Shown here in pieces: positions 48,251 through 59,525 of a stretch of 64,000 bases of DNA (position 1 is the first letter of the stretch; each line of letters opens with the position of its first letter). Origin of the DNA: Heteronotia binoei. Its lineage: Eukaryota. The notes under the pieces are model-generated. The model worked only from the letters and a program-made list of their open reading frames with translations, made no database searches and was not told where the DNA came from. The stretch covers positions 32,426,001-32,490,000 of the forward strand of contig NC_083231.1 in NCBI RefSeq assembly GCF_032191835.1. Direction: 5' to 3'. A program made the position numbers and the translations under genes.

Positions 48251-48575
48251 GAAATAACTAAATTTTAAAACATTTGTACTTCTTTCCAAGAGTATAAGAA
48301 TAAAAGCATCAGGTACTCCAAATTCTGTCCAGAACTGGCTGGTGTGATCTCCTGTTAATGCAAAATCCTTGCTTCTACGGTTACAAATTCCAATTTCCTT
48401 TCTCTGCTTCATCTCCCCATAAACCCTACTCGTCACCACCCTCACCTTCCCCAAGCATCCTAGGATTTTTCTGGATAAGAGGAGGAATGAATGCACGGTA
48501 CAGCTTTGCTTTCACCCTGTCAGCAGAAAGGAGAAATATGTAAATAGGGGAGAAAACCCTTCCCTCCTTTGGCAC

Positions 48576-50835
48576 CAGGTAGCACCTGCAGATCTTCTGC
48601 TATTACAACTGATCTCCAAATGACCAACAGGAAATGGCTGCTTTGGAGGGTTGGCTATGACATTATACCTTGCTGAGGTCCCTCTCCAAGCTTCAACCCT
48701 CCACAGACTCCACCATCAAAATCTCCAGATATTTCCCAACCCAGAACTGGCAATCTTAATGGTAACCAATAATGCTTGATATACCTTTTCAAAAACTATT
48801 TAACCCAAGACGTTCTCCCTAAAATAGCTCAATATTTAGCAATCAGTGTGGCCTCCCACAAGCTTATTGACTTTAGGATCAAACACAAAATTAGAGTCTA
48901 AATATAGAACTTATCTGAAATCTTTTTTTCCCCAATCACTGGACTAAATAATGTGTCTCTAATACAACTCTTTAACCTCATTCACTCTATAGACAGAGAT
49001 GACTTGGTTTACTAACCCAAGAGTGTATGGTGGAAAACAACATCACTGAATACTTCTCTATACAGAAGGTCCCTACAAACATGGCATCTAGTATATTAGG
49101 AAGAAAGCTGCTTTTTTCAGCAATATAGTCACTTGGTGGAGTATAGGAAAAAACTTTAATGTGGAAGAGAATTCATTTGTATGATCTCTCACCTGCAGTA
49201 TGAAGTGGCACAGTCAAGCAGAGAAAGACCAAGGCTTTGACAGGAAGCAGCAAAAGCAGAGTCCTGCTAGAGGAAGGCGTCTTCCCTACTTCCTCCTGAC
49301 TACTGTAACCTTTCTTGCCCTCTCAATTGTTCCTTGCATAACATTTTAAAAATTCAATGTGTCTCAACGTTATTGCCAAACCTGCTGCCTGAGGCATGCA
49401 TCCAGCCTAGGGTTGCCAACCTCCAGGTTGCAGCTGGAGATCTCCTGGGATTAAAACTGCTCTCCGGATGAAAGAGATCAGTTCACTTGGAAAAAATGGC
49501 TGCTTCGGAAGGTGCACTCCATGGCATTATACCCCACTGAAGTCCCTTCTGTCCTCAAACCCTGCCCTCCTCAGACTCCACCTCCAAAATCTCTAGGTAT
49601 TTCCCCAACTCAGAGCTGTCAATTCTAATCCTACCTAATGGCTGGCCTCATTGTTAACAGGTGTTTGTGAGAACAAGTTCCAAGTCTGGAATAATAACTT
49701 GCATGTAGTTACAAAGGAAGTGACAAAGCAAGTTTCATACTATCTGTGCACTACATCAGTACTCAAGTAGCAACCTTTTTAGAAATCTGGAAATTAGTAC
49801 ATCTTGGACAAGTACATGAAGCACCCCCTCTAAACATCAAACTTACTGTGTGGAGGGGGATATGACAAACATGTTGAATACATTATTTACAACAGTCCAG
49901 CTAAAGTATTAAACTATTTTTAAAATGCTCTTGTGATGGCTTAACTGTTAAATTAGAAATATATAATACTGAGGAACTGGAGGGAAATCATTTGCGTCTT
50001 CTTTAGTTATTTTGATTTCTGATGGTTTGATGAGGTTTCCACAAAGTACAAATTCTTGTCAATAGTATGATTTACATAGGGTTGTCAAGCTCCAAGTGAT
50101 ACCTGGAGATCTCCTGCTATTACAATTGATCTCCAGATGACCAAGATCAGTTCCCCTGGAGAAAATGGCCGCTTCAGAAGGTGGACACTATGGAATTACA
50201 CCCTGCTGAGGCCTGGCCCCTCCCCAAACCCCACTTCTCCTAGGCTCCACCCCCCAAAATCGCTAAGTATTTCCCAACCCAGAGCTGGCAACCCAATCTA
50301 CTTCATATATGTTTCATATAATCCTTTAAAAAGTAGGAAAAAATAAAATATGTACAATTCTTGGCAAGTACTGAAAAGCCAAGGTTTCTAGTTATAATTT
50401 ATGATGTCATTTAAGTGACAATGTGAATGAGCAGTAAAATAAATTACATTTACTATGCACTAAATTTCATTAAGCTCATTAAAGCTTCTAGTCCAAGTAA
50501 ATTTCTAAATTAAGTGGTTTCTACAAGTGAATGAGAAAGCTGCCATTTTAAAACTGCTAAAGGGTGATAAAATTTGCAGGAAATGGGAGTTTCTCTACCT
50601 ATGCCAGAATTATAGACCACATCCTAGTAAGTTGCCAGGTCAGTGTTGTAAAATACATGGAGACTTCAGGGATGGATCTGGAAAAGCACAGGTTTTGGGG
50701 AAGGGAAATGCCTCAGCATGGCACAATGCCATAGAGTCCACCCTTCAAAGCAGCCATTTTCTCCATGGGAGCTGATCTCTGCCAACTGGTGATCAGTTGT
50801 AAAAACTGGGAGATATCCAGGCCCCACCTGGAGGT
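48576..50835. mobile_element. Four TAGGGTTGCCA-family MITEs: 48576-48758(+), 49408-49627(+), 50077-50296(+), 50690-50835(-)
   Basis: Shared body GGAGATCTCCTG...GATCAGTTC...GGAGAAAATGGC; 49408 has a 6/8 TSD (ATCCAGCC/ATCCTACC). Confidence 0.8.
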
Positions 50836-51028
50836 GAATTGGATTCATGCATTTTAGGTGGGGGGGGGGCAAGTTCTTATAATTCATTGGATTGGATGAG
50901 TTATTAGTTATAATAAATGTATAATATAGTAAAGGTAAATAGGTATAAAAGCTAACTTTTCCCACAATAAATTAGCCATTTCATAGTAGAACACTCGCTA
51001 GTTTCTGATGGTTTTAAAATGAGGTAAA

Positions 51029-51325
51029 GAGCCCCATGGTGCAGAGTGGTAAAGTTGGAGTACTGCAGTCGGAGCCCTCTGCTCACTACCTGAGTTCGAT
51101 CCCAGCAGAAGCTGGTTCAGGTAGCCGGCTCCAGGTCGACTCAGCCTTCCATCCTTCCGAGGTCGGTAAAATGAGTACCCACCTTGCTGGGGGGAAGTAT
51201 AGATGACTGGGGAAGGCAATGGCAAACCACCCCGTTAAAGGTCTGCCGTGAAAACATTGTGAAAGCAACGTCACCCCAAAGTCGAAAACAACTGGTGCTT
51301 GCACAGGCGACTACCTTTACCTTTA
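51029..51325 (+). mobile_element. Sauria SINE-like element
   Basis: Close copy of 10873-11166. Confidence 0.85.
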
Positions 51326-51407
51326 AAGTAAGCTTCAGTCACATTATGTGTACCTTTGGAAACGATCTGGATTAAAAGGGAAGCTACGGTCTACATTCAC
51401 ACTGGCC

Positions 51408-51686
51408 GTTTTCGCACTCACGTTTTACTGGCGCCACGACCCTCCTGACGCCGGCGAATCTGCATGGATTTCGCACCAGAAGCGCCGGCGCACCCAGAAG
51501 CGCCGGCTACTTCCGTCGCTAAACCAGCGCAAACGGAAATCGCAAAGATGCAGGAAAACGTTTGCGCTGGCTTAGCGACGGAAGTAGCCGGCGCTTCTGG
51601 GTGCGCCGGCGCTTCTGGTGCGAAATCCATGCAGATTCGCCGGCGTCAGGAGGGTCGTGGCGCCAGTAAAACGTGAGTGCGAAAAC
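51408..51686. mobile_element. Near-perfect fold-back MITE
   Basis: 128-bp inverted arms (51408-51535, 51559-51686) with one mismatch and a 23-bp spacer; CpG-rich. Confidence 0.85.
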
Positions 51687-52165
51687 ACCCACTGCTAGCA
51701 AAAAGAATAATAAAAAAAATTAAAACTGGATTCCATTTTATCTCCAATGTTGTTTTTAACAGTTTAATAGTTTTTAACTGCTCAGTCATATGCTAATTGT
51801 CTTTTTGTTTTAATGTCATATCAGTGTTTCAACTTGTATACATTTTAACACTTTGAAAATGATAGGGGAGAGCAGAATATTTTAAATAAAATAAATCTGC
51901 AGCCAGTCACATAAGCATTTTCCTCATTTACTCTTTTAACCAATTTGAATAAAGCATTACCAAAATAATGCAAAATGACATGTGTTATCATAACACGAAC
52001 ATTCATACCACAACACCATGGTAGAAAATAAATGGAATTTGAAGCTTTTTAAAAAAGTTATATGGATTATACTGTTCTCAGGTAGAACTGCTATTCTGCC
52101 TCAGTAGCATTAGCCTGCCTTTGGAAAGGTCAGAACATTCTGTCTTCAAGTACATGATCTTCATT

Positions 52166-52723
52166 TAGGCTTGCCAGTCCCCAGGTCCCAGGAAGGGATC
52201 CCCTAGTTTTGCAAGCTCCTCCCTGCCGCCAGCCAGATGGCCAGTAGGTGAGAAGCCCTGAACAGCTGCCATATGTCTTTCCATCTGGAAAGATTATAAG
52301 AAGCCTGGAAAATGCTCACTTTTGGGAAGGTATGTGTGCCTTTAAATCTCTGTAGGAATCAGGCTGAACAGCGGCGGGGCAAGCCATCAGAACAATGTGG
52401 CTGTTCCCAGTGAGCTGTGAGAAAGGAAGGAAAACCAGCACAGTCCCGCTGTTTTCCATTCCTTTCAGAAGTTGTTTGCACAGTAAAATAGAGAGTAAAG
52501 AGTAAACTAGAACCTTTGGTTTCCCTGTATTAGTCTGAAGAACTTGTTTGAATACAGCAGATGGCTACATTCAACAACTCCCATGAGTAAACTGCCTCAG
52601 TGAGATCACAAAAGTGTGTGCTTGCAAACTGTTTTATTTTAGTTGCTTTGTGAGAGTGTGGGTTCACTTTCATTTAGTGTCCAAAGTCCCCAGATATTTT
52701 CTGAGTCAGACCTGGCAACCCTA
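52166..52723 (-). mobile_element. Long TAGG(G/C)TTGCCA-terminus hAT element, reverse copy related to 55726
   Basis: Ends match both ends of 55726-56398; TSD-like TCTTCATT/ACTTCACT. Confidence 0.6.
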
Positions 52724-53593
52724 ACTTCACTAGTGCCTTTGTATGAGTATAAGAAGCCAAACATAAATCCTTTAGATTCACAAACGCTCTCTCTCAATCT
52801 CTACACACCTAATTCTGTACTGCAAAAATGCATTTAGTTGATACCTCCAAAGGTTTGGTACCACTGGAATATATAAATGCTCAATTTATTTACAATATAA
52901 AGTATTATTATAGTAACTAAGGCATATATATCTTTGCTCAGGGAAAGAGAACCCAACTGCATAATGGAAAAACTTGATTTATGCTTTGTTCTCTCACTTC
53001 TGACCATTTAAATCAGATACAGAATATTCTCTATCTTAAATCAGTTTATCCAGTGCCATATGCAGAATTCAGCATTGGATAACAACATAATTGAAGAGGA
53101 ATGTCTGTATATTTTACTTTTATTTTCTGCCATCTCTTTAACATGTCATCCAGCAAAACTAATAACATTAAAAATGAAATGTGTTTACTCAGCATTTCTG
53201 ATGTTCTGTGCCATTAACTGAAACGTGCAAATACTACATAATTATATTCATGACATATATTTTAAGCTCTCAGAACACTGCACTCTCATACAGATTCAAA
53301 TTATCCTACAGTTACAAATGCCAAGCCATACTGGTGATACCTACCCTCGCTTTGGCTGAACCACGTGCCATTCAATCCCTCCAGCTCCAGGACAGATGAA
53401 GACTGGGCCACTGGGGAAGCTGCCTTCACATCCTATTGGCCCATCCCACCACATCTTCTATTTTCTCTCAGTGGCTGTTTCTAGGCAACCATAGTATCCC
53501 AAGCTTGATTCTGACAGTAAAAGGTGGGGCAAAGAGGCCCCTTTCAGGCCTGTTTTGGCCTTTGAGGGAAAACTCATTGGAACCAGTTCTGAC

Positions 53594-53814
53594 TAGGGTT
53601 GCCAGCTTCAGGCTGGTGCTAAATTCCTGGCGATTTTGTGGTAAAGTCTTTGGAAGTCAGAGTTTGGGGAGAAAAGAGGCCTCAGCTGAGTATAATGCCA
53701 TAAAGTCCACCCTCCAAAGCAGTTATTTTCTCCACAGGGAGAGAGATCTGTTGTTTGGAGTTCAGTTGTGATACCAGGAGATCTTCAGGCTCCACCTGGA
53801 GGTTGACTACCCTA
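53594..53814 (-). mobile_element. hAT-type MITE (TAGGGTTGCCA family)
   Basis: TIRs present; TSD GTTCTGAC/GGTCTGGC (6/8). Confidence 0.8.
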
Positions 53815-54221
53815 GGTCTGGCAACACTCTTTGGGTGATTTGATTCCACCTGACTGGCATGACTTAGCCAGGGCTGGCTGCTTGCTACTGCTCAGCAGCA
53901 GCAGCCCCCCTATGACAGTCAGTCATTAATAGGCACTTCATAATTATATTCACTTCAGAGAAGGGTCTGCCAGACCCAGGTTCTTGCTGTGGTAGCTGAC
54001 TGGGTGATTTCAGACCAGTCACAGGCTTTCAGCCCAACCTAACTCACATAGTTGTGCAGAGCAAAAGGGGGAGAGAAGAATGATGTAAGCTGCTTTGGTT
54101 CTCACTGCAGAGAAAGACTGTACTTTTCCTAGGCAGAGGTTGGAGAGAGGGGGCAGAAGATGGAAAGCTGAAGTCAGAGGGTCAGATAAAGCTAGGTTGA
54201 TGGTTGGCTGGAAAGGAGATA

Positions 54222-54450
54222 GGGATGCCAACCAGGTTGGGAAATTCCTGGATATTTGAGGGCTGAAACCTGGAAAGGGCAGGGTTTGAGGAGGGTGGAA
54301 CCTCAGACAAGTACAATGCCAAAGATTCCAAACCAGCCATTTGCTCTTGGGAAACCACTGTTGCCGATCTCCAGGTGAGGGCTGGAGATCACTCAGAATT
54401 AGAACTGCTCTCCATATGGCTGAGATCACTTCACCTGGAGAAAATGGTGA
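54222..54450. mobile_element. Rearranged TAGGGTTGCCA-family MITE
   Basis: Reverse-orientation part followed by a forward-orientation part of the same body. Confidence 0.55.
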
Positions 54451-54468
54451 ACTCTGTGTCATTATATC

Positions 54469-54960
54469 TTATTTATTTATTTGGTTGATTTATATTCCGC
54501 TTATCCCAAACGGGCTCAGGGTGGATCACATACAGGTAAAATTAGGCAGATACAGTACAATGGACCCAATAAAATCTATAAAATACAATTAAAACAATGA
54601 AGTAGCCCAATACAGTATGACATAGGTGGTGGGCTCATAGTACAGGTTAGGGTATAGTTAGCGGCCCATATACCATAGTTCCAATCACTGTGAGGGAGGA
54701 TAGTCAATGGTATAGGCAATAGGGCAAAGGGCGTCCGCCCACCTCAGTCGAACGCCTGACAGAACAGCTCCGTCTTACAGGCCCTCCGGAAAGGTAGCAA
54801 ATCCGTTAGGGCCTGTATCTCCACTGGGAGCTGATTCCACCAGGTTGGGGCCAGGGCCGAAAAAGCCCTGGCCCTGGTCAAGGCAAGACAGACATCCCTT
54901 GGGTCAGGGATAACCAGAAGATGTTGGTTAGCAGATCATAATTGCCTTCGGGGCTCATAA
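54469..54960 (-). mobile_element. L2-type LINE 3' fragment
   Basis: Reverse of GCCCTGGCCCCAACCTGGTGGAA...TGATCCACCCTGAGCCC...(AAAT)n; same family as 1480-1998. Confidence 0.75.
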
Positions 54961-55517
54961 CCTGCTGAGATCACTTTCCTCCTGCTTTGGCCTTCACTGT
55001 GGAGAAAGACTGTACTTTTCCAAGGTAGAGGCTGCAGGGAGGGGGAGGAGATGGAAAGCTGAAGTCAGATCAATTGCCCTACAGAAAATGGCCGCCTTGA
55101 AGCACATACTGTATGGTATACCGTAACACAACCATGCCAAGCAAAAAAAGACAGATCACATCACAAGAACATGCTGATTCTAAAAGCTGAAAGGCCGAAT
55201 ACAACAGGAAAAGGCAGCAACAATGCACTGCAGATGAAAGGAATGGTGAGCTTCAGTGTCTGCATGATCACTGTCATGGTATGATACCACAGCAAATTGA
55301 CGCTGACTGCCTAGGACTGGGGCACTCACCCAGAGCCTCTTTCTAGAGCAAGTTGTATTTATTCTTACAATGAGCCTTATTCCTAGTATAGCAATAAAGC
55401 CTTCCTTCACTTTTTCCTGAATGGGAACTTGCTTTCAGTCACTGAAGATGAAAGTGATAAAATATGTCTTTACAGCTTCAGCATGTACGAATAATTAGTG
55501 CACATTATATTCTACAT

Positions 55518-55653
55518 CAGGGTGACCAGTGGTAGCTCTCCAGATGTTTTTTGCCTACAACTCCCATCAGCCCCAGCCAGCAAGGCCAATGGCTGGGACT
55601 GATGGGAGTTGTAGGCAAAAAAACAACTGGAGAGCTACTGTTGGCCACCCCTG
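55518..55653. mobile_element. Palindromic hAT MITE
   Basis: About 60-bp inverted arms; perfect 8-bp TSD TTCTACAT (55510-55517, 55654-55661). Confidence 0.88.
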
Positions 55654-55725
55654 TTCTACATGATAAGCAAAAATCATATAGGATGGGTTATTTTGACTAC
55701 CTAGGCTGTGATCCCCAACTGGGGG

Positions 55726-56398
55726 TAGGGTTGCCAAGTCCAATTCAAGAAATATCTGGGGACTTTGGGGGTGGAGCCAGGAGACTTTGGGGGCGGAGCC
55801 AGGAGCAAGGGTGTGACAAGCATGATTGAACTCCAAGGGAGTTCTGGCCATCACATTTAAAGGGACAGCACACCTTTTTAAATGCCTTCCTTCCATAGGA
55901 AATAATGGATATGGGCACCTTCTTTTGGGGCTCACAGATTTGGACTCCCTGGTCCAATCATTTTGAAACTTGGGGGGTATTTTGGGGAGAGGCACTAGAT
56001 GCTATACTGAAAATTTGGTGCTCTACCTCAAAACACAGCCCCCACAAAGCCCCCAATACCTCCAGATCAATTCCCCATTATACCCTATGAGAATCGATAT
56101 CCACATAGGGAATAATGAGGTGCCCAGCAGACATTTCCCTCCCCCCCCCCCATTTCTGGCAACTCTGAAGTGAGGGACTGGCATCTCTACTCACTAGTTA
56201 ATGCCAACTTCTTCAAAGTAACACAAACACACCATCCCAAGAGGAAGCCTTTCAATCGGAGACTGAAGCCTCTGGAGGTGGAAACTCACATGGTGGCTGT
56301 GGGGGTGGGGATTCCCCCCACCAGCCAGCTGACTGGGGGTGGGAAGGAGCCTGGGAAAGAGGGAGAACCCCTGCTGGGACCTGAGGATTGGCAAGCCT
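55726..56398 (+). mobile_element. Long non-autonomous hAT element
   Basis: Starts TAGGGTTGCCAAGTCC, ends GATTGGCAAGCCT; internal GGGGG(T/C)GGAGCCAGGAG duplication. Confidence 0.7.
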
Positions 56399-57098
56399 GG
56401 GGGGGGGGGCACAAACCACTCTGATTTTAAATTAGAGAAGTTCTTAAAATGCATGTGCCTTTTGGATACACTGAAGACTAAAATCTCATATACACACACA
56501 CAAAGAACGTTAATCTTCAGCATTTCCAACAGGCCTTTGAACTTTGTGTGCCCCACCACTGAAATATCTTTCTCATGCACCAAAATATGAAAAAACACAT
56601 TGCAAAATGTAAGCCAAGTTTACATTTAAAAGGCACAATGATAGAAGAGTTATTCTGTCAAACTGTAACCTCTTATGTATAAATAAGTAAAACTGCTATA
56701 GCTGGAACATGTTAAGCATTAACAGATCAATGAGATATGTAATAAATTAATAGCTGCAAGTAATTTATGATGAAGAGCCATAGTTTACTTGGAGGACACT
56801 GAAGTAACTTGCCAAGCATTTCATATATTCAGAGGCAAAGCTTCAGATTTCGCCCCCCCCCCCCCAGTTTAATCAAATCTCTTCTAAAATGGCTCAAAGT
56901 GATGCATATTCAATTGCAAAATAAATACAATCAAAATAACTTCAATTAGCAAACTACAGAGCTAAAATGGCCAGCAGTTTTGAACCCATTACTGAAGAAA
57001 AGGGATGCAAATGATCCAAAGTAAAATCCAAAAGCAGAAGCCATGGAATGCCTTTTTTGACACCAACCAAAATTACAGTTCTGTTCATGAGGCTAGAT

Positions 57099-57957
57099 CA
57101 GGGGTGGCCAAATTGCAGCTCGGGAGTCACACATGGCTCTTTCAGACATATTTCATGGCTCCCAGAGGTTAAGGAAGAACTTAATGCAGGCTTCTCATGT
57201 AAAGATGCTTAACATTTGGACCTTGGTCAACTTCTGAGTGCTGACCCCATAGATGGGCAAATATTTCCACCATGTGTGAATTGGGTGGAGGGGGAAAATA
57301 GGCAGTCTTGCAAGTTCTTCTCCTCCACCACAGAGGCTGCCTGAAGACTTAGAGAGCAGGGAAAGAGAGTGCAAGAGCTGAGGGAGCCACTTTAAGGAGG
57401 GACAGATTAAAGAAGGTGGTGCAGGGTTCCTTCATAGTCCCATAATTCTTGTCGGAGCTGTATTTACTAACCTTGGTGTCAAGGCAAAGAGTGATGCATA
57501 ATGATGCAAACATCATTTAGATGATGCATATGTATTTCCACTTGTGCCAAAAAATAATTCCCTGACTTTTCCCTATGTTGGTTTTAAGGGAACTGTTATT
57601 CCCAGCTTTTGTTTTTTAAAAAGTCTCCTCTTAGCATGGTCATGTTTAAAGTGAATACATATGTATTTTATCTTTGTGTGCAAAGAAAGTATTAAGATTT
57701 CAGGTTTTCACGGCTGGTAACATCATTAGGGTTTGTAGAATCTTTCGGGCTGAAGTGCCGTGTTCTACTGGAGAAAGTTTTCCTTCCAGACGTTTCGTTC
57801 TCAACTTTCTCCAGTAGAACACGGTACTTGAGCCCGAAAGATTCTACAAACCCTAAAGTATTAAGAGCTTTAATAAAGATGTCTGTAATATTTGTTCATG
57901 TCTTGCGGCTTTCAAACATCTATGTGGCTCTTACGTTAAGCAAGTTTGGCAACCCCA
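57099..57957 (-). mobile_element. Charlie-like hAT element with extended interior
   Basis: Both ends match the 30609 MITE in reverse; TSD GGCTAGAT (57091-57098, 57958-57965). Confidence 0.7.
57698..57854. mobile_element. Penelope-like element remnant (inverted pLTR), nested
   Basis: 12-bp direct repeat AAAGTATTAAGA (57686-57697, 57855-57866); 54-bp inverted arms with 2 mismatches; CGAAACGTC motif on the minus strand. Confidence 0.75.
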
Positions 57958-58679
57958 GGCTAGATGTTTTAAAGATAAGGAAGAATGTTTCAGAACATGC
58001 TCTCAAAGCGTTGTTAAACACTTTGGCCTTCTGGGAACAAACAGCAAAATATGTAGCCATTCCACTGAAAATACAAAAACCAGACAACCTGTCATCAGCA
58101 CCATTCCCAGTCTGTAAACCTGTTCTGCAATTCACATGAGATTGCTAGCAAGACAAGGTCTTCAGAGCACACTCTAAACATGCCATCTACCCATGCAATT
58201 TTTAAAAACCTCCAGCCTGAGATTAGTTCTGGACAGCTGAAAAGACTGCATGTTGCTTGGTACTTCTTAATTGTCCTAATAAAAGGTATTAGGTGGTTCT
58301 GCTTAGATTAATGGAGGGAGCACTCCTAGAAATCAGCAAGATTATTAACAAAATAACCACAAAGAAAAACATCAACACAGAAGATACAAGTTCTTCTTAT
58401 TTTATCATGAAGACTTCTAATACGCCTTGTAAGTGCAGTTTAATGACCCTTACCTTGATTTTTCCCTACCAAGACGGTAGAAATCACACTGTGGAAACTA
58501 CTAAAATCCCTGCCTTCAACATCATTTTTTCATTTTTCTTGATTCATCCAAGAACAGCCCAGATGGTCATTTGTATATTATCCCACAATTATGATTTTGT
58601 CCTTTGTCTTCTTTGTTAATTTAGCAAAAATAAATGTGTTGGGCAACAGCTGTCTACTATACAAAAAAAAAAATCAATA

Positions 58680-58975
58680 GGCTCATGGCGTAGAGTAGTA
58701 AAGCTGCAGTATTGCAATCCAAGCTCTCTGCTCATGACCTGAGTTCGATCCCAGCAGAAGCTGGGTTCAGGTAGCTGGCTCAAAGTTGACTCAGCCTTCT
58801 ATCCTTCTGAGGTCAGTAAAACGAATACCCAGCTTGCCGGGGGGAAAGTGTAGATGACTGGGGAAGGCAATGGCATACCATCCCATAAAAAGTCTGCCAT
58901 GAAAACGTTATGATCCGATGTCACCCCAGAGTTGGAAATGACTTGTGCTTGCACAGGGGACTACCTTTACCTTTA
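58680..58975 (+). mobile_element. Sauria SINE-like element
   Basis: More diverged copy of the 10873/51029 family. Confidence 0.8.
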
Positions 58976-59259
58976 TACTAAAAATCTTTTAATTAGGGAA
59001 AATGCGGGGGTGGGGTAGAATGGCCCACCTTGGCCCTATCCTCAGTTCTGCCTCAGCCCCCCTCTCCTGCAAAAGAGAAACAGACAGCCTGCTCAACCAG
59101 TCTGTGTGTGTCCAAGCAGGCCTATCCCTCACCAGATGGCTGAGGAGGCCTGTCCCATCCCTTGCTCCAGTAGAGCCAGGCAAGTGTATCCCCATCTTTA
59201 TCCCCATCTGGAAGATGGGGTGGGCCAAACAGGTGCTCATTGTGGTGAGCTGTCCTGTG

Positions 59260-59525
59260 GAGAGCCAGTTTGGTGGTGGTTAAATGCACAGACTCTAATC
59301 TGGGAGAACCGGGTTTGATTCCCCACTCCTTCACATGCATTTGCTGAGTGACCTTGTGTCAGTGATAGTCCTTGAAACAGTTGTTCTCTCAAGAGCAGTT
59401 CTTGATCTCTCTCAGCCCCACCTACCTCACAGTGTAGCTGTTGTGGGGAGGGGAAGTGAAAGATTGTAAGCTGCTCTGAGACTCCAAGTGAAGGATGGGC
59501 TATAAAATCCAGTCTCCTCTTCTTC
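59260..59525 (+). mobile_element. tRNA-derived SINE with L2-like tail
   Basis: Copy of the 38832 family. Confidence 0.75.

Noticed and set aside
51348-51701. Two nearly identical ORFs on opposite strands (MDFAPEAPAH...)
   Set aside because: They are an artefact of the palindrome.
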